A stretch of 64,000 bases of DNA from Longimicrobiales bacterium (GTDB lineage Bacteria > Gemmatimonadota > Gemmatimonadetes > Longimicrobiales > Gaopeijiaceae), in assembly GCA_965202985.1 (NCBI GenBank), contig CBDBCF010000001.1:416001-480000 (forward strand). Reading direction: 5' to 3'. Below, one piece after another: positions 39,329 to 49,187 of the stretch. The notes under the pieces were generated by a model. The model did not search any database and was not told the origin of the DNA. It worked only from the letters and a program-made list of their open reading frames with translations. The translations under genes and the position numbers were made by a program. How positions within the stretch are numbered: position 1 is the first letter of the stretch; every line of letters begins with the position of its first letter.

Positions 39329-40059
39329 CGGGGCCGCTCTCCCAGCAGCGCCGTGCCCAGGCGCACCATGGTGCTCCCCTCCGCCACCGCCAGCTCGTAG
39401 TCGTTGGACATCCCCATCGACAGCTCCCGCGCATCGAAACCCGAGACGTTGGCCGCCTCCTCCAAGAGCCCGCGCACCCGCCGGAAGGTGGCGCGCAGCA
39501 CGGCCTCGTCGCGGGTGAACGGCGCCATCGTCATCAGGCCCTGCACCCGAAGCCCCGGCAGCGCGGCCACTTGGGCGACGGCCTCCAGCGCGGCTTCCGA
39601 CCCGTCGCCGACGGCGAAGCCCCCCTTGGCCGGCTCGCCCGACGCGTTGACCTGCACCAGCGCCGCCAGCCGCCGCTCCTGGGCCTCCGCCGCGCGGGAA
39701 AGCCTCTCCGCCAGCCGGAGCGAGTCCACGCTGTGGACGATGTCGGCCAGGCGGGCGGCCCGAGTCGCCTTCCGGCCCTGCACGTGCCCGATCATGTGCC
39801 ATCGGACGTCCCGGCCCCGGAACGCGGCCTCCTTGTCCTCCAGCTCCTCCACCCGGTTCTCCCCCACGTCGGCGAGTCCCGCACCCAGAACCGCCTGGAT
39901 CGCCCCTGCCGGATGGCCCTTTGTGACGGCCACGATCCGCACTGAGCCCGGCTCCCGGCCGTTGCGCCCGGCCGCCGCCTCGATCCGCTCGCGGACTCGC
40001 GGCAGGCGCTCCGCCAAGCAACGGTCGAACGGCGTCGCGTCCACGGGTTCCGCGCCCAA
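39325..40059 (-). CDS. yggS: YggS family PLP-binding protein
   Basis: VAVTKG, GENRVEE, WHMIGHVQ, LVQVN, GLMTMAP, LSMGMSNDY, GSTMVRLGT. Start uncertain by a few codons. Confidence 0.93.
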   Translation of the reverse strand: MGAEPVDATPFDRCLAERLPRVRERIEAAAGRNGREPGSVRIVAVTKGHPAGAIQAVLGAGLADVGENRVEELEDKEAAFRGRDVRWHMIGHVQGRKATRAARLADIVHSVDSLRLAERLSRAAEAQERRLAALVQVNASGEPAKGGFAVGDGSEAALEAVAQVAALPGLRVQGLMTMAPFTRDEAVLRATFRRVRGLLEEAANVSGFDARELSMGMSNDYELAVAEGSTMVRLGTALLGERPR

Positions 40060-40062
40060 AGG

Positions 40063-40099
40063 AAAAACGCCCCGCCGGCCGCTGGGGACCGGCGGGGCG
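40063..40099 (-). terminator. Rho-independent terminator after tonB
   Basis: 11-bp perfect stem CGCCCCGCCGG (40068-40078) / CCGGCGGGGCG (40089-40099), followed on the minus strand by TTTTT. Confidence 0.8.
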
Positions 40100-40125
40100 C
40101 TCCCGCCCAGCGGAGGCAGAAAGCC

Positions 40126-40791
40126 CTACCGGGTCGTGAAGGTAATGGGGAACTCCACCCAGACCGGCACCACTTTGTCGCGGTTCAGGGCCGGGGTGAA
40201 GTTGAACACCGGGGCCACGCGCAGAGCAGCGTCGTCCAGCGCGGTGTGTCCGGAACTCGTCTCCACCACCGCGTTCTGGACCACGCCCTCCTCGTCGATG
40301 AAGAAGTTGACCAGGACCGTCCCGCCGATCCCGGCGTCCCGGAGCAGCGCCGGATACTCGCGCTCCAGCGCCCGTTGGACTTCGCGGGCGTTCGTGTAGC
40401 TGGGCCGTACGGTGTAGGGCGTGAAGGTGGGGGCCGCCGAGATGTCGGTCTGCACCTCGGACGGAGGCGGCGGCAGGTCCTCCACCGCGACCGACTCGAA
40501 GGTGTTCACCTCGATGGTGATCTCGTCGTCGATCACCGCCTCGGCGACCACGGGCGTGGCCGGGCGGGCGATGGCCTCCGGGGGCGGCGGGATCTCGACC
40601 TCGGGCGGGATCTCCACGGCCTCCAGCTCGTCGGCGGTGAAGCTCACGTCCTCGGCCTCCAGGTCGGGCCACATCAGGAACACGGCGAAGTGCATCACCG
40701 TGGCCGCGATCATGGATCCCCAGAACCAGCCGGAGAACGACTTCTTGAAGCGTTCGTTGGCGCTCTGCTGTTCGATCGTCTGCTCGCTCAT
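40126..40791 (-). CDS. tonB: Energy transducer TonB
   Basis: N-terminal TM with His, Pro-rich linker, TonB_C YP..LRDAGIGGTV..F.IDEEG.V...SSG...LD.AAL. Confidence 0.92.
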   Translation of the reverse strand: MSEQTIEQQSANERFKKSFSGWFWGSMIAATVMHFAVFLMWPDLEAEDVSFTADELEAVEIPPEVEIPPPPEAIARPATPVVAEAVIDDEITIEVNTFESVAVEDLPPPPSEVQTDISAAPTFTPYTVRPSYTNAREVQRALEREYPALLRDAGIGGTVLVNFFIDEEGVVQNAVVETSSGHTALDDAALRVAPVFNFTPALNRDKVVPVWVEFPITFTTR

Positions 40792-41234
40792 CGTCTCTCC
40801 CTTGTCATGGTCTGTTCAAGCTCGGTCGCGAATACGACCCGGAGCACGTTGGCGGACACAAGTTCTTCTTGCACCGCGTCGATGAATCGGTATGGAACGG
40901 AGCGGTCGGAGCGGATGGAGATCACCAGGCTGCGGTTGCTGCCGTATAGCGGCCCCACGATGCCGCCCACTTCGGACATGGCCACCTGCACGTCGTTGAT
41001 GAAGACGGCGCCGTTGGTCTCCACCCAGATGTTGAGGATGTTCTTCTGCTTCTCGTCGATCTTCTCCGTGGCCTCGGCCGCCGCCCACTCGATCGGCCGG
41101 TCCTTGTCGGTCTGGAAGACCGTGGACACCATGAAGAAGATGAGCAGCAGGAAGGCGATGTCGGCCAGCGAGGAGGAAGGGATCTGCTGGGACGCCTTGG
41201 ACTTCCGCTGAAGCCCGCCGGATTTGAGGCCCAT
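40788..41234 (-). CDS. exbD: Biopolymer transporter ExbD
   Basis: IPSSSLADIAFLLLIFFMV, IRSDRSVPY. Confidence 0.92.
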   Translation of the reverse strand: MGLKSGGLQRKSKASQQIPSSSLADIAFLLLIFFMVSTVFQTDKDRPIEWAAAEATEKIDEKQKNILNIWVETNGAVFINDVQVAMSEVGGIVGPLYGSNRSLVISIRSDRSVPYRFIDAVQEELVSANVLRVVFATELEQTMTRERR

Positions 41235-41241
41235 GCTCGTG

Positions 41242-41664
41242 CTACTCCAGGATCTGAAGCGAGATGCGTTCGGCGCCCGCCGACTGCAGGGCGTCCAGGA
41301 CGTCCACCATGAAGCGGTAGGGCGCGTCGGGGTGGGTCTTCACGGCGGCGATGAGTCCGTCGTTCTGCGCCACGTCCTGCCGCCAGATCGCCTCCACGGC
41401 GTCGGGCCTGACCGTCTGCTCCTGCTGGCTCTCGCCCCGTTTGATCGTCACGGCGCCGTTCGGGTTGACGATGATGTGGAGGATGTTCTTCTGGCTGACC
41501 TCCTGCTCTTCGCCCTTCTCGGGCAGGACGATGGCGAGCCCCTTGTCCTTGGGGAACGTCGTCGTCACCAGGAAGAAGATGAGGAGGAGGAACGCGATGT
41601 CGGCCATCGACGAGGAGGGAATCTCGTCGGAGACCTTGGATTTCTTTCCGCCCAGTACCGCCAT
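41242..41664 (-). CDS. exbD: Biopolymer transporter ExbD (second copy)
   Basis: MAVLGGKKSKVSDEIPSSSMADIAFLLLIFFLVTT, with GGAGG RBS. Confidence 0.92.
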   Translation of the reverse strand: MAVLGGKKSKVSDEIPSSSMADIAFLLLIFFLVTTTFPKDKGLAIVLPEKGEEQEVSQKNILHIIVNPNGAVTIKRGESQQEQTVRPDAVEAIWRQDVAQNDGLIAAVKTHPDAPYRFMVDVLDALQSAGAERISLQILE

Positions 41665-41684
41665 CTCTGCCGACCTCCGTTGAG

Positions 41685-42350
41685 TTAGGTCCCCGCCACC
41701 ACCCGCAACTTGCCGTCCCGCTCCAAGTCCCAGGCGATGTTGAGGATCTTTTGCGTGCTCTGCTCCATGTCCACGATCAGCTTGTCGATGCGCGTCACGA
41801 AGAAGTTGTAGCCGATGTTCACCGGGATGGCGATGGTGAGGCCCGCCGCCGTCGTCACCAGCGCAACCTTGATCCCGCCCGCGACCAGTCCGGGGTCCAC
41901 GTTCCCGGCGGATTCGATCGAGGCGAACGCCAGGATCATCCCCGCCACGGTCCCCAGGAAGCCCATCAGCGGCGCCACGTTGGCGACGGTGGCCAAGATG
42001 ACCAGCCCCCGCTCCAGGAAGCTGAGCTCGATCGCTCCCGCCGTGGAGATCGCCTGCTCCAGCTCGCCCCGGTTCAAGGTGAGGCTTCGGATGCGCCGGA
42101 GACCGGCCAGCAAGATGGCGGCCGCCGGCCCCGGCGTGGCAGCGGCGACCTCGGCTGCCTCGTCCAGCCGGCCCGCGACCGCCGCCTCTTCGACCTTCTC
42201 CAAGACCGACACGGTGTCCTTGTGGGCGATCCAAAGCGTCCACGCCTTGGCGATGACCACGCCCAGGGCGATCAGGGAGCACACGATCAGCGGGTACATC
42301 ATGGGACCGCCGTCGGCGAACAGGGTGGTGAGGTCGTAGCTGTTGTTCAA
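41685..42350 (-). CDS. exbB: MotA/TolQ/ExbB proton channel protein
   Basis: GGPMMYPL, APLMGFLGTVAGMI, GIKVALVTTAAGL. TTG start at 42350 with GGAG RBS. Confidence 0.92.
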   Translation of the reverse strand: MNNSYDLTTLFADGGPMMYPLIVCSLIALGVVIAKAWTLWIAHKDTVSVLEKVEEAAVAGRLDEAAEVAAATPGPAAAILLAGLRRIRSLTLNRGELEQAISTAGAIELSFLERGLVILATVANVAPLMGFLGTVAGMILAFASIESAGNVDPGLVAGGIKVALVTTAAGLTIAIPVNIGYNFFVTRIDKLIVDMEQSTQKILNIAWDLERDGKLRVVAGT

Positions 42351-42419
42351 GTTCCGCTCCGAAGAGATGAGGCCGTCTCGAACCGGCGAGGCGTCCCGCT
42401 GGGCAACGCGACGTTCCGC

Positions 42420-42448
42420 AATGTAGGAAGCCGTCCTGTTCGAGTCAA
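42420..42448 (-). promoter_or_regulatory. Sigma70-type promoter for exbB-exbD-exbD-tonB
   Basis: Minus strand TTGACT-N17-TACATT, about 70 bp upstream of the exbB start, in an AT-richer intergenic region. Confidence 0.65.
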
Positions 42449-42562
42449 CAATTGGGTTATTGTAGGGCGATCCGTTCCGGCAAGGCAAGCCGCTCCGTCT
42501 TCGGGGCCGGGCCGGTGCGTCGGCAAACCCAGGCTGCGGCGTCCAGGGGAGAATACCGCACG

Positions 42563-43363
42563 GTGGACCAGTTCTTTCGGCAAGTCCAGTTCCTGCGGCC
42601 CGGTTGGGGCGATCTGGCCGAGATCGCCATCGTCTTCCTGCTGACGTACCGCGTGCTCCTGCTGGTTCGGGAGACGCGGGCGACCCAGATGCTCCTGGGC
42701 GTTCTGCTGCTGGGGGCCATGCACCTGGCGGCGACCGTCTTGGGGTTCTCCATGATCCGCAGCCTGATCGCCGGCGTGTTCCAGTACGGCGCCATCGCGG
42801 CGCTGGTGGTGTTCCAGCCCGAGATGCGGGCGGCGTTGGCGCGCTTGGGCGAGAGCCGCTTGGTCCGGCTGCTGGGGCCGGCGCGGGAGACGCGCATCGT
42901 GGACGGCATCGTCGAGGGCGTGGTGCAGCTGGCGCGTTCGGGAACGGGCGCCATCGTGGCCGTTCAGCGAGAGACGGGGCTGCGCGAATACGCGCGTTCG
43001 GGGAGCCGGGTGGACGCGCGACTGTCCCCCGAACTGCTTCGCTCGATCTTTGCGCCGCAGTCGCCGCTTCACGACGGCGCCGTCGTGGTGGTGGGCGACA
43101 CGATCCGGGCCGCGCGGGCGATCCTGCCTCTCACGCAGCACCCCGTGCCCGACCGCTCGCTGGGCACGCGCCACCGGGCCGCGATCGGCCTGAGCGAAGA
43201 AACCGACGCCCTGGTGATCGTCGTGAGCGAGGAGACGGCGCGGATCTCTCTCGCGCAGCGCGGCCGACTGGAGGTGGGGGTGGACGCCGACCGCCTGCGC
43301 GAGGTGCTGGAGCGGTCGATCCCGCGCAGCCCCGGGTTGGAGCTGGAGGCGGACCGGAGCTAA
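42563..43363 (+). CDS. cdaA: Diadenylate cyclase CdaA
   Basis: Three N-terminal TM helices, VVFQPEMR, SPLHDGA and LGTRHRAAIGLSEETDA catalytic motifs. Confidence 0.95.
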   Translation: MDQFFRQVQFLRPGWGDLAEIAIVFLLTYRVLLLVRETRATQMLLGVLLLGAMHLAATVLGFSMIRSLIAGVFQYGAIAALVVFQPEMRAALARLGESRLVRLLGPARETRIVDGIVEGVVQLARSGTGAIVAVQRETGLREYARSGSRVDARLSPELLRSIFAPQSPLHDGAVVVVGDTIRAARAILPLTQHPVPDRSLGTRHRAAIGLSEETDALVIVVSEETARISLAQRGRLEVGVDADRLREVLERSIPRSPGLELEADRS

Positions 43364-43429
43364 GGAGCGGACCGGAGCCGGGAGCCCGGCGCGCGCCCCA
43401 GTCCCCAGATCAGCCGGGCGCCCCCCGAA

Positions 43430-45487
43430 TCAGCCGGGCGACGGAAGCGGCTCGGCGGGGTTCAGTCCAGCCTGCGGCTTGGCCTTGGGCTTGGGCTCCG
43501 CGCCGGGGAGCGACAAGAGGAGCTGCTCCACGTCCAGCTTCGCCGCCAGCGGCGGCAGCTCCTTGCCGTCCAGCAGAAGCTGAATCTCGTCGCCGTCCAG
43601 GGTCTCGCGGTCCAAAAGGGCTTCCGCGATGGCGTCCAGCAGGCTCCGGTTGTCTTCCAGCACGCTCCGCGCCCGGGCGTGCGCCTCGTCCAAGATGCGC
43701 TTCACCTCTTCGTCCACTTGGCGAGCGGTGTGCTCCGACACCTCGCGGCGCTGCACTAGCTCGCGTCCCAGGAAGACCTCCTGGTCCGAGTCGCCCACCG
43801 CCATGAGGCCGATCCTGTCCGACATGCCGAAGCGCGTGACCATGCGCCGGGCCATCGACGTGGCGCGCTCGATGTCGTTCCCCGCGCCGGTGGTGACCTT
43901 CTCCGGCCCGAACACCATCTCTTCGGCCACGCGGCCTCCGAAGAGCATGGCCAGCTGTCCGCGCATCCAGTCGCGCGTGTAGGAGTGGCGGTCCTCTTCG
44001 GGCAGCGAAGCCGTCAGCCCCAACGCCCTTCCCCGGGGTACGATCGTGACCTTGTGGACGGGGTCCAGACCCGGAACCTTGACCGCGATGACGGCGTGGC
44101 CCGCCTCGTGGTAGGCCGTCAGCTTCCGCTCCGAGTCGTTGAGCACCATGCTTCGCCGTTCGGCGCCCAGCATGATCTTGTCCTTGGCCTGGTCGAAGTC
44201 CTCCATGGCCACGCGGTCCACGCCCCGCCGGGCCGCGAACAGAGCGGCCTCGTTGCAGATGTTGGACAGGTCCGCGCCGCTGAGTCCCGGCGTTCCGCGG
44301 GCGATCAGGGACAGCTCCACGTCCTCTTCCAGCGGCAGCTGCTTGGCGTGGACGCGGAGGATGCCCTCTCGGCCTTGAAGGTCGGGCAGGTCCACGACCA
44401 CTTGGCGGTCGAAGCGGCCGGGGCGAAGCAACGCGGGGTCCAGCACGTCCGGCCGGTTGGTGGCGGCCAGCAGAATGACGCCCTCGTTGGCCTCGAAGCC
44501 GTCCATCTCGACCAGAAGGGCGTTCAAGGTCTGCTCGCGTTCGTCGTGGCCTCCGCCCAGCCCGGCGCCGCGGTGCCGGCCCACGGCGTCGATCTCGTCC
44601 ACGAAGATGATGCACGGGGCGTGGACCTTGCCCTGCTCGAAGAGGTCGCGGACCCTGGACGCCCCGACGCCCACGAACATCTCCACGAAGTCGGAACCCG
44701 ACATCTGGAAGAAGGGCCGCCCGGCCTCGCCGGCCACCGCGCGCGCCAGCAGGGTCTTGCCCGTGCCCGGCGGGCCGATTAGAAGCACGCCCTTGGGCAG
44801 GCGTCCCCCCAGGCGCGAGAACCGGGGCGGGTCCTTGAGGAACTCGACGACCTCTTCCAGCTCCTGCTTGGCCTCTTCGGCGCCGGCCACATCCGCGAAG
44901 GTGACCTGCGACGTGTCCGGGGCGATCAGCTTGGCCCGAGACCGGCCGAACTGGAAGGCGCGGTTCCCGCCGCTTTGCACGGAGCGGATGATCCAGATCA
45001 AGAAGCCGATGAAGAGGAGCCACGGAAGCGCGCCCAGCGCGAGACCCCACCACGACACGCCCTGGGGCTTGGCGGTGACCTCCACGTCGCGCGCTCGGAG
45101 GAGCTCGGCCAAGTTGGCGGCGTCGCCGGGCACCAGGACGGTCGCGAACTCGTGCACCTCGCGGTCGTCCACGGTGAGCGTGTGGCGAAGTTCGCCCTCC
45201 AGCCGCGTCTCGCCGTAGAAGGTGACCTCCAGGACGTTCTGGTCTTCCAGCTGCCGGTGCAGGTCGGACAGCGAGAACTCGTGCGGGGCGCCTTGCTCGG
45301 ACTCGCGCATGAACTGGAAGGCCAGGGCCGACATGAGGGCCAGGAGGATCCAGAACAGGGCCGCGCGCGACATCTTGGCCAGCTTGGGCGGACGCGGCTC
45401 CTTCTTGTCGGGGCCTTCCTTGGCCTCGCTCTTGGCGTCCTTCTTGTCCGGGCGGGGCTCCTTCTCGGCGGGCTTCTCGTCCGGCAT
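43430..45487 (-). CDS. ftsH: ATP-dependent zinc metalloprotease FtsH
   Basis: Two TMs, [43 protein letters not shown]. Confidence 0.98.
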   Translation of the reverse strand: MPDEKPAEKEPRPDKKDAKSEAKEGPDKKEPRPPKLAKMSRAALFWILLALMSALAFQFMRESEQGAPHEFSLSDLHRQLEDQNVLEVTFYGETRLEGELRHTLTVDDREVHEFATVLVPGDAANLAELLRARDVEVTAKPQGVSWWGLALGALPWLLFIGFLIWIIRSVQSGGNRAFQFGRSRAKLIAPDTSQVTFADVAGAEEAKQELEEVVEFLKDPPRFSRLGGRLPKGVLLIGPPGTGKTLLARAVAGEAGRPFFQMSGSDFVEMFVGVGASRVRDLFEQGKVHAPCIIFVDEIDAVGRHRGAGLGGGHDEREQTLNALLVEMDGFEANEGVILLAATNRPDVLDPALLRPGRFDRQVVVDLPDLQGREGILRVHAKQLPLEEDVELSLIARGTPGLSGADLSNICNEAALFAARRGVDRVAMEDFDQAKDKIMLGAERRSMVLNDSERKLTAYHEAGHAVIAVKVPGLDPVHKVTIVPRGRALGLTASLPEEDRHSYTRDWMRGQLAMLFGGRVAEEMVFGPEKVTTGAGNDIERATSMARRMVTRFGMSDRIGLMAVGDSDQEVFLGRELVQRREVSEHTARQVDEEVKRILDEAHARARSVLEDNRSLLDAIAEALLDRETLDGDEIQLLLDGKELPPLAAKLDVEQLLLSLPGAEPKPKAKPQAGLNPAEPLPSPG

Positions 45488-45514
45488 GGTGCGTGCTTCG
45501 CCTCCGTCCGGCGG

Positions 45515-46075
45515 TCAGATCGAGCCGATGAAGGGCAGGTGCCGGAAGTCCTCGCCGTCCCCCAGTCCGTAGCCCACGAGAAACTCCTTTGGCGCGTCGA
45601 ACCCTACCCAGCGGGGCTCCTGCGCCACCCGCGCCGTGCGTTTGTGGAGAAGAGTGCAGACCTCGAGGCTAGCCGGGTTCCGGTCCCGCAGGAGCGGAAT
45701 CATGTGGTTCATGGTGGTCCCGCTGTCCACGATGTCCTCTACTAGGATAACACTTCGGCCCTCCAGGTTGGCCCTGGGGTCGTACAGCAGACGCACTTCG
45801 CCGCCGCTGGTGCGCGCGTTTCCGTAGCTGGACGCGCGGATGAAGTCGACTTGGACGGGACGCGGAATCCGGCGCACCAAGTCGGCGATGAAGATGAACG
45901 AGCCCTTGAGCAGGCCCAGCACCAGCACCTCTTCGTCGGGGCCGTAGGCGGCGCCGATCTGTCTCCCCATCTCCCGAACCCGGTCCTGGATCGCGTCCTC
46001 CGTGAAGACGACCCGTTCGAGCCGCTTGTCTCCCAGTTGGAGCGCGGCGAAGGCGTCCAGGGCGTGGACGTTCAC
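45515..46075 (-). CDS. hpt: Hypoxanthine phosphoribosyltransferase
   Basis: LLKGSFIFIADL, SSYG, VILVEDIVDSGTT, FLVGYGL. Conserved tilS-hpt-ftsH order. Confidence 0.95.
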   Translation of the reverse strand: MNVHALDAFAALQLGDKRLERVVFTEDAIQDRVREMGRQIGAAYGPDEEVLVLGLLKGSFIFIADLVRRIPRPVQVDFIRASSYGNARTSGGEVRLLYDPRANLEGRSVILVEDIVDSGTTMNHMIPLLRDRNPASLEVCTLLHKRTARVAQEPRWVGFDAPKEFLVGYGLGDGEDFRHLPFIGSI

Positions 46076-47490
46076 GGGCGGTCCAGCACGCGGACGCCGA
46101 CGCAAAGGGGCGCAGGAAGCGAAGACGGCGCGTCGGGCGCGCTCGATTCCGGCGGGTTCGTCAGGCCGGGAAGCCAGAGCACGGCGCCGGTTGCGCCGGC
46201 CAGCACGGGGACGCCGTCGCGCCGGTCGGTCGGGATGCGCGCTTCCAAGAGGAGCTTCTTGACCTTTTTCTTTCCGTAGGGCAGCGAAACCCGGTCTCCG
46301 GGGCGCCAGGGACGGACGGCAAGGGGAAATTCTACCTCTGGAGGCGAAAGGCACGCAACGAAGGGGAACCCTGCCGGCGGCGACGGTCCCCACGCGACTT
46401 GGACCCGATGCGCACCGCGTTGGTAGTCGCCTTCGCCCCGGCTGCGGTCGGCGATCCGGACGGCGGACGGGGTGGGCGGTTCGCCGGCGTCTCGAGCGGG
46501 GCGTAGGCGCAGCTGGCCCAGGGATGCAAGGACCGCGACCCCTCCCTTTACGGTGGTCCGGCGACCGCTCCGGGCTTCCCTGACGAACCGCGCGAGTTCG
46601 CGCGTTCCGGCGCGGCTGGGGCGCCCGCCCACGCGGGCCAGGGCGCGGCGCAGAACCAGGACGAGCAGCGGATCGGGCAACGCGCGCAGGATCTCGATCT
46701 CCAGCGAGAGCCCGCCGGGCGGGGGCGGGGCGCCCCGCGAGTCGGCGGCGGACGCGGCTTCGATCCGGTCGTCCAGCAGGTGGTCCAGGGCCGCCGTTTG
46801 CTGGCGGCACGTGTCGGCAAGGGTGGCCAGGGCCGCCGTGGCCCCAGGCACCGCTTCTTCCAGGGCCGGCAGCACGTGGCGACGGAGCCGGTTGCGGGTC
46901 CAGCGCGAGTCTCGGTTGGACGGGTCTTCGCGGAAGGGGACGCCGTGGCGGTCGGCGAACGCGGCCAGCTCGCGCCGTCGGAAGGGAAGCAGGGGCCGGA
47001 CCACGAACGGCGCGCGCAGGGGCAGGATGCCGGCCAAGCCGTGGGGGCCGGCGCCCCGGGCGGCGCGAAAGAGCACGGTCTCGGCTTGGTCGTCCGCGGT
47101 GTGGGCGGTCGCCGCCCAGGCGTCGGGGTCCAGTTCCCGTCGGGCCTCTTCGAAGAGGCGGTAGCGCAGTTTCCGACCTTCGGCCTCGGACCGGACCGGC
47201 GCCGGGGCCGCGCGAACTCGGCACGGCACGTTCCAGCCCGCGCACGTCCGGGCCACCCAGCGAGCATCGGCGTCGCTGCCGGCGCGCATCCGGTGGTCCA
47301 CGTGGACGACTTGAAGGCGAAGAGGACTCGCTCGCTCCGCGCGGCGCGCCACGCGCTTCAACAGAAAGAGCAGCGTCATCGAGTCCAAGCCCCCCGAGAC
47401 GCCCACCACCAGCGCCTCGGCTTCGCACATCGAGGCCAGCTCCGCCCAGTGCGCGCGGAAGCGGTCCTCGAGGTCCGCCGCGCCGCTCAC
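46072..47490 (-). CDS. tilS: tRNA(Ile)-lysidine synthase
   Basis: VSGGLDSM, HVDHRMR, TAHTADDQAETVL, VRPLL, EDPSN...RNRLR. Confidence 0.95.
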   Translation of the reverse strand: MSGAADLEDRFRAHWAELASMCEAEALVVGVSGGLDSMTLLFLLKRVARRAERASPLRLQVVHVDHRMRAGSDADARWVARTCAGWNVPCRVRAAPAPVRSEAEGRKLRYRLFEEARRELDPDAWAATAHTADDQAETVLFRAARGAGPHGLAGILPLRAPFVVRPLLPFRRRELAAFADRHGVPFREDPSNRDSRWTRNRLRRHVLPALEEAVPGATAALATLADTCRQQTAALDHLLDDRIEAASAADSRGAPPPPGGLSLEIEILRALPDPLLVLVLRRALARVGGRPSRAGTRELARFVREARSGRRTTVKGGVAVLASLGQLRLRPARDAGEPPTPSAVRIADRSRGEGDYQRGAHRVQVAWGPSPPAGFPFVACLSPPEVEFPLAVRPWRPGDRVSLPYGKKKVKKLLLEARIPTDRRDGVPVLAGATGAVLWLPGLTNPPESSAPDAPSSLPAPLCVGVRVLDRP

Positions 47491-48332
47491 CTGTTCGCCC
47501 GGCGGGTCGCCGTCGAAGCGCTCGCCGGGGCTGGGGGACGGCCCGCGACCTCGGACAGCACGGCGGCCAAGCGGTCGGGTCGATCGGTCTGGATGCCGTC
47601 CACGCCCCAGTCCAGGAGCGTGCGCACGCGGGAAGGTTCGTCCACGACCCAAGCGTGAACGGGGATGTTGCGACGGTGGGCGGCTCGCACCAGCGAACGG
47701 GTCAGCACCGGGAGCCGTCCGTACCGCTCGGGCACTTGGAAGGCGCATGCATTGGGGACGTACCACCGCCCGGCGACGGGCACGCGGTAAGCGAACCAGA
47801 ACGGCGCCAGCTGCCTGCGGGACGCGCCCCACGGCCCGGCGTGCCCGCGCGCGCCCCTTCGAGTGGATTCGCGAACGGCGCCGACGAGCACCCGGTGCTG
47901 CGCGCCGTGGCGGCGGATGCGGTCGGCCAGGGGGGCCGCGGCCTCGGGCGCCTTCGGCTCCACGATGATGCGCGTGTCGGGAAACGTCTCCAAGACCTGC
48001 TCGAAGAAAGGCACGCGCACGCCCTTGCCCCGAAACGAGCGGGCGCCGTCCGAGTCGCGAAATCGGTGTCCGGCGTCCAGCTCCCGGAGCTGGGGCCACG
48101 TCATGTCGCGAACGGCGCCGGTCCCGTCGGTGGTGCGGTCCACGGTCTCGTCGTGGAGGACCGCCATGCGACCGTCGGCGGTGAGGCGCACGTCCATTTC
48201 GAGCACGTCGGCGTCCCAGTCGTCCACGGCCCCGCGAAAGGCTTCCATGGTGTTCTCGGGCGCCAGCTTGGCGCCGCCTCGGTGGACCATGAGAAGGGGC
48301 GCGCCGGCGAAGTAGGGATGGCCGGGACGCAC
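47487..48332 (-). CDS. Glycerophosphodiester phosphodiesterase
   Basis: HRGG...PENT, EMDVRLTADG...HDETVDRTT, GVDGIQTDRPD. Confidence 0.92.
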   Translation of the reverse strand: MRPGHPYFAGAPLLMVHRGGAKLAPENTMEAFRGAVDDWDADVLEMDVRLTADGRMAVLHDETVDRTTDGTGAVRDMTWPQLRELDAGHRFRDSDGARSFRGKGVRVPFFEQVLETFPDTRIIVEPKAPEAAAPLADRIRRHGAQHRVLVGAVRESTRRGARGHAGPWGASRRQLAPFWFAYRVPVAGRWYVPNACAFQVPERYGRLPVLTRSLVRAAHRRNIPVHAWVVDEPSRVRTLLDWGVDGIQTDRPDRLAAVLSEVAGRPPAPASASTATRRANR

Positions 48333-48336
48333 CGCG

Positions 48337-49119
48337 CTAGCTGGGCACCTTGCGCGCCGCGGCGTCGTAGAGCGCGCGAGGCAGAGCGCGGCACAGGCTT
48401 GCGGGAACAGCCAGCTGCCACGGGAACGCCAGCGCGCGCCGACGGGCCAAGATCGCCCGCGCAATGCGGTCGGCGGCCGAGTCAACGTCCATCATGAAAG
48501 GACGGGGGCGATCGTCGCCCAGTTCGGTCATTTCGGTGCGAACGAAGCCCGGGTTCGCGATCGTGACCGCCACCCCCCGTGGCCGAAGCTCCAGCCGCAG
48601 GCTCTCGAAGAAGTGGATCATGGCGGCCTTCGACGCCCCGTACGCCGCCCTGCCCCGCAAACCGCCGAGGCCGGCCAGGCTGGCCACGGCCGCCAAGTGC
48701 CCCGATCGGCGGCGCAGCATCTCGGGAAGGACGGCCTCGACCGCGTAGACCGCGCCCATGAAGTTCACGCGAACGATGCGCTCCACCTCCTCGGCGTCCA
48801 GGCCGTCCGCGCTGTCCCGGAGCGCCACTCCGGCGTTGGCCACCAGCAGCTCCACGGGACCTAGCGCCACTCGGCACTCCGCCACGGCACGGCGCACCTG
48901 TTCGGGATCGGACACGTCGCAGGGGTGAACGGAAGCGGCGCCGTCGCGGTCCGAGATGTCGGCCGCGACCTCTTCCAGCCGGTCCTGGCGACGGGCCGCC
49001 AGCGCGACGGCGTACCCCGCCCCGGCCAAGCGGATGGCCAGCGCCCGGCCGATTCCGGAGGACGCGCCGGTCACGAAGGCGACGGGCGGATCGGGGCGGG
49101 TCCGGAAGGGCTGGGTCAT
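48337..49119 (-). CDS. SDR family NAD(P)-dependent oxidoreductase
   Basis: TGASSGIG, NAG, YGASK, PGFVRTEMT. Confidence 0.93.
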   Translation of the reverse strand: MTQPFRTRPDPPVAFVTGASSGIGRALAIRLAGAGYAVALAARRQDRLEEVAADISDRDGAASVHPCDVSDPEQVRRAVAECRVALGPVELLVANAGVALRDSADGLDAEEVERIVRVNFMGAVYAVEAVLPEMLRRRSGHLAAVASLAGLGGLRGRAAYGASKAAMIHFFESLRLELRPRGVAVTIANPGFVRTEMTELGDDRPRPFMMDVDSAADRIARAILARRRALAFPWQLAVPASLCRALPRALYDAAARKVPS

Positions 49120-49187
49120 CGGGAGCGATTCGGGCGGTGGGGAAGCAAGTCTTGCGCTAGGCGTAGTTCCTAGTCAAGGCTGAGTGC

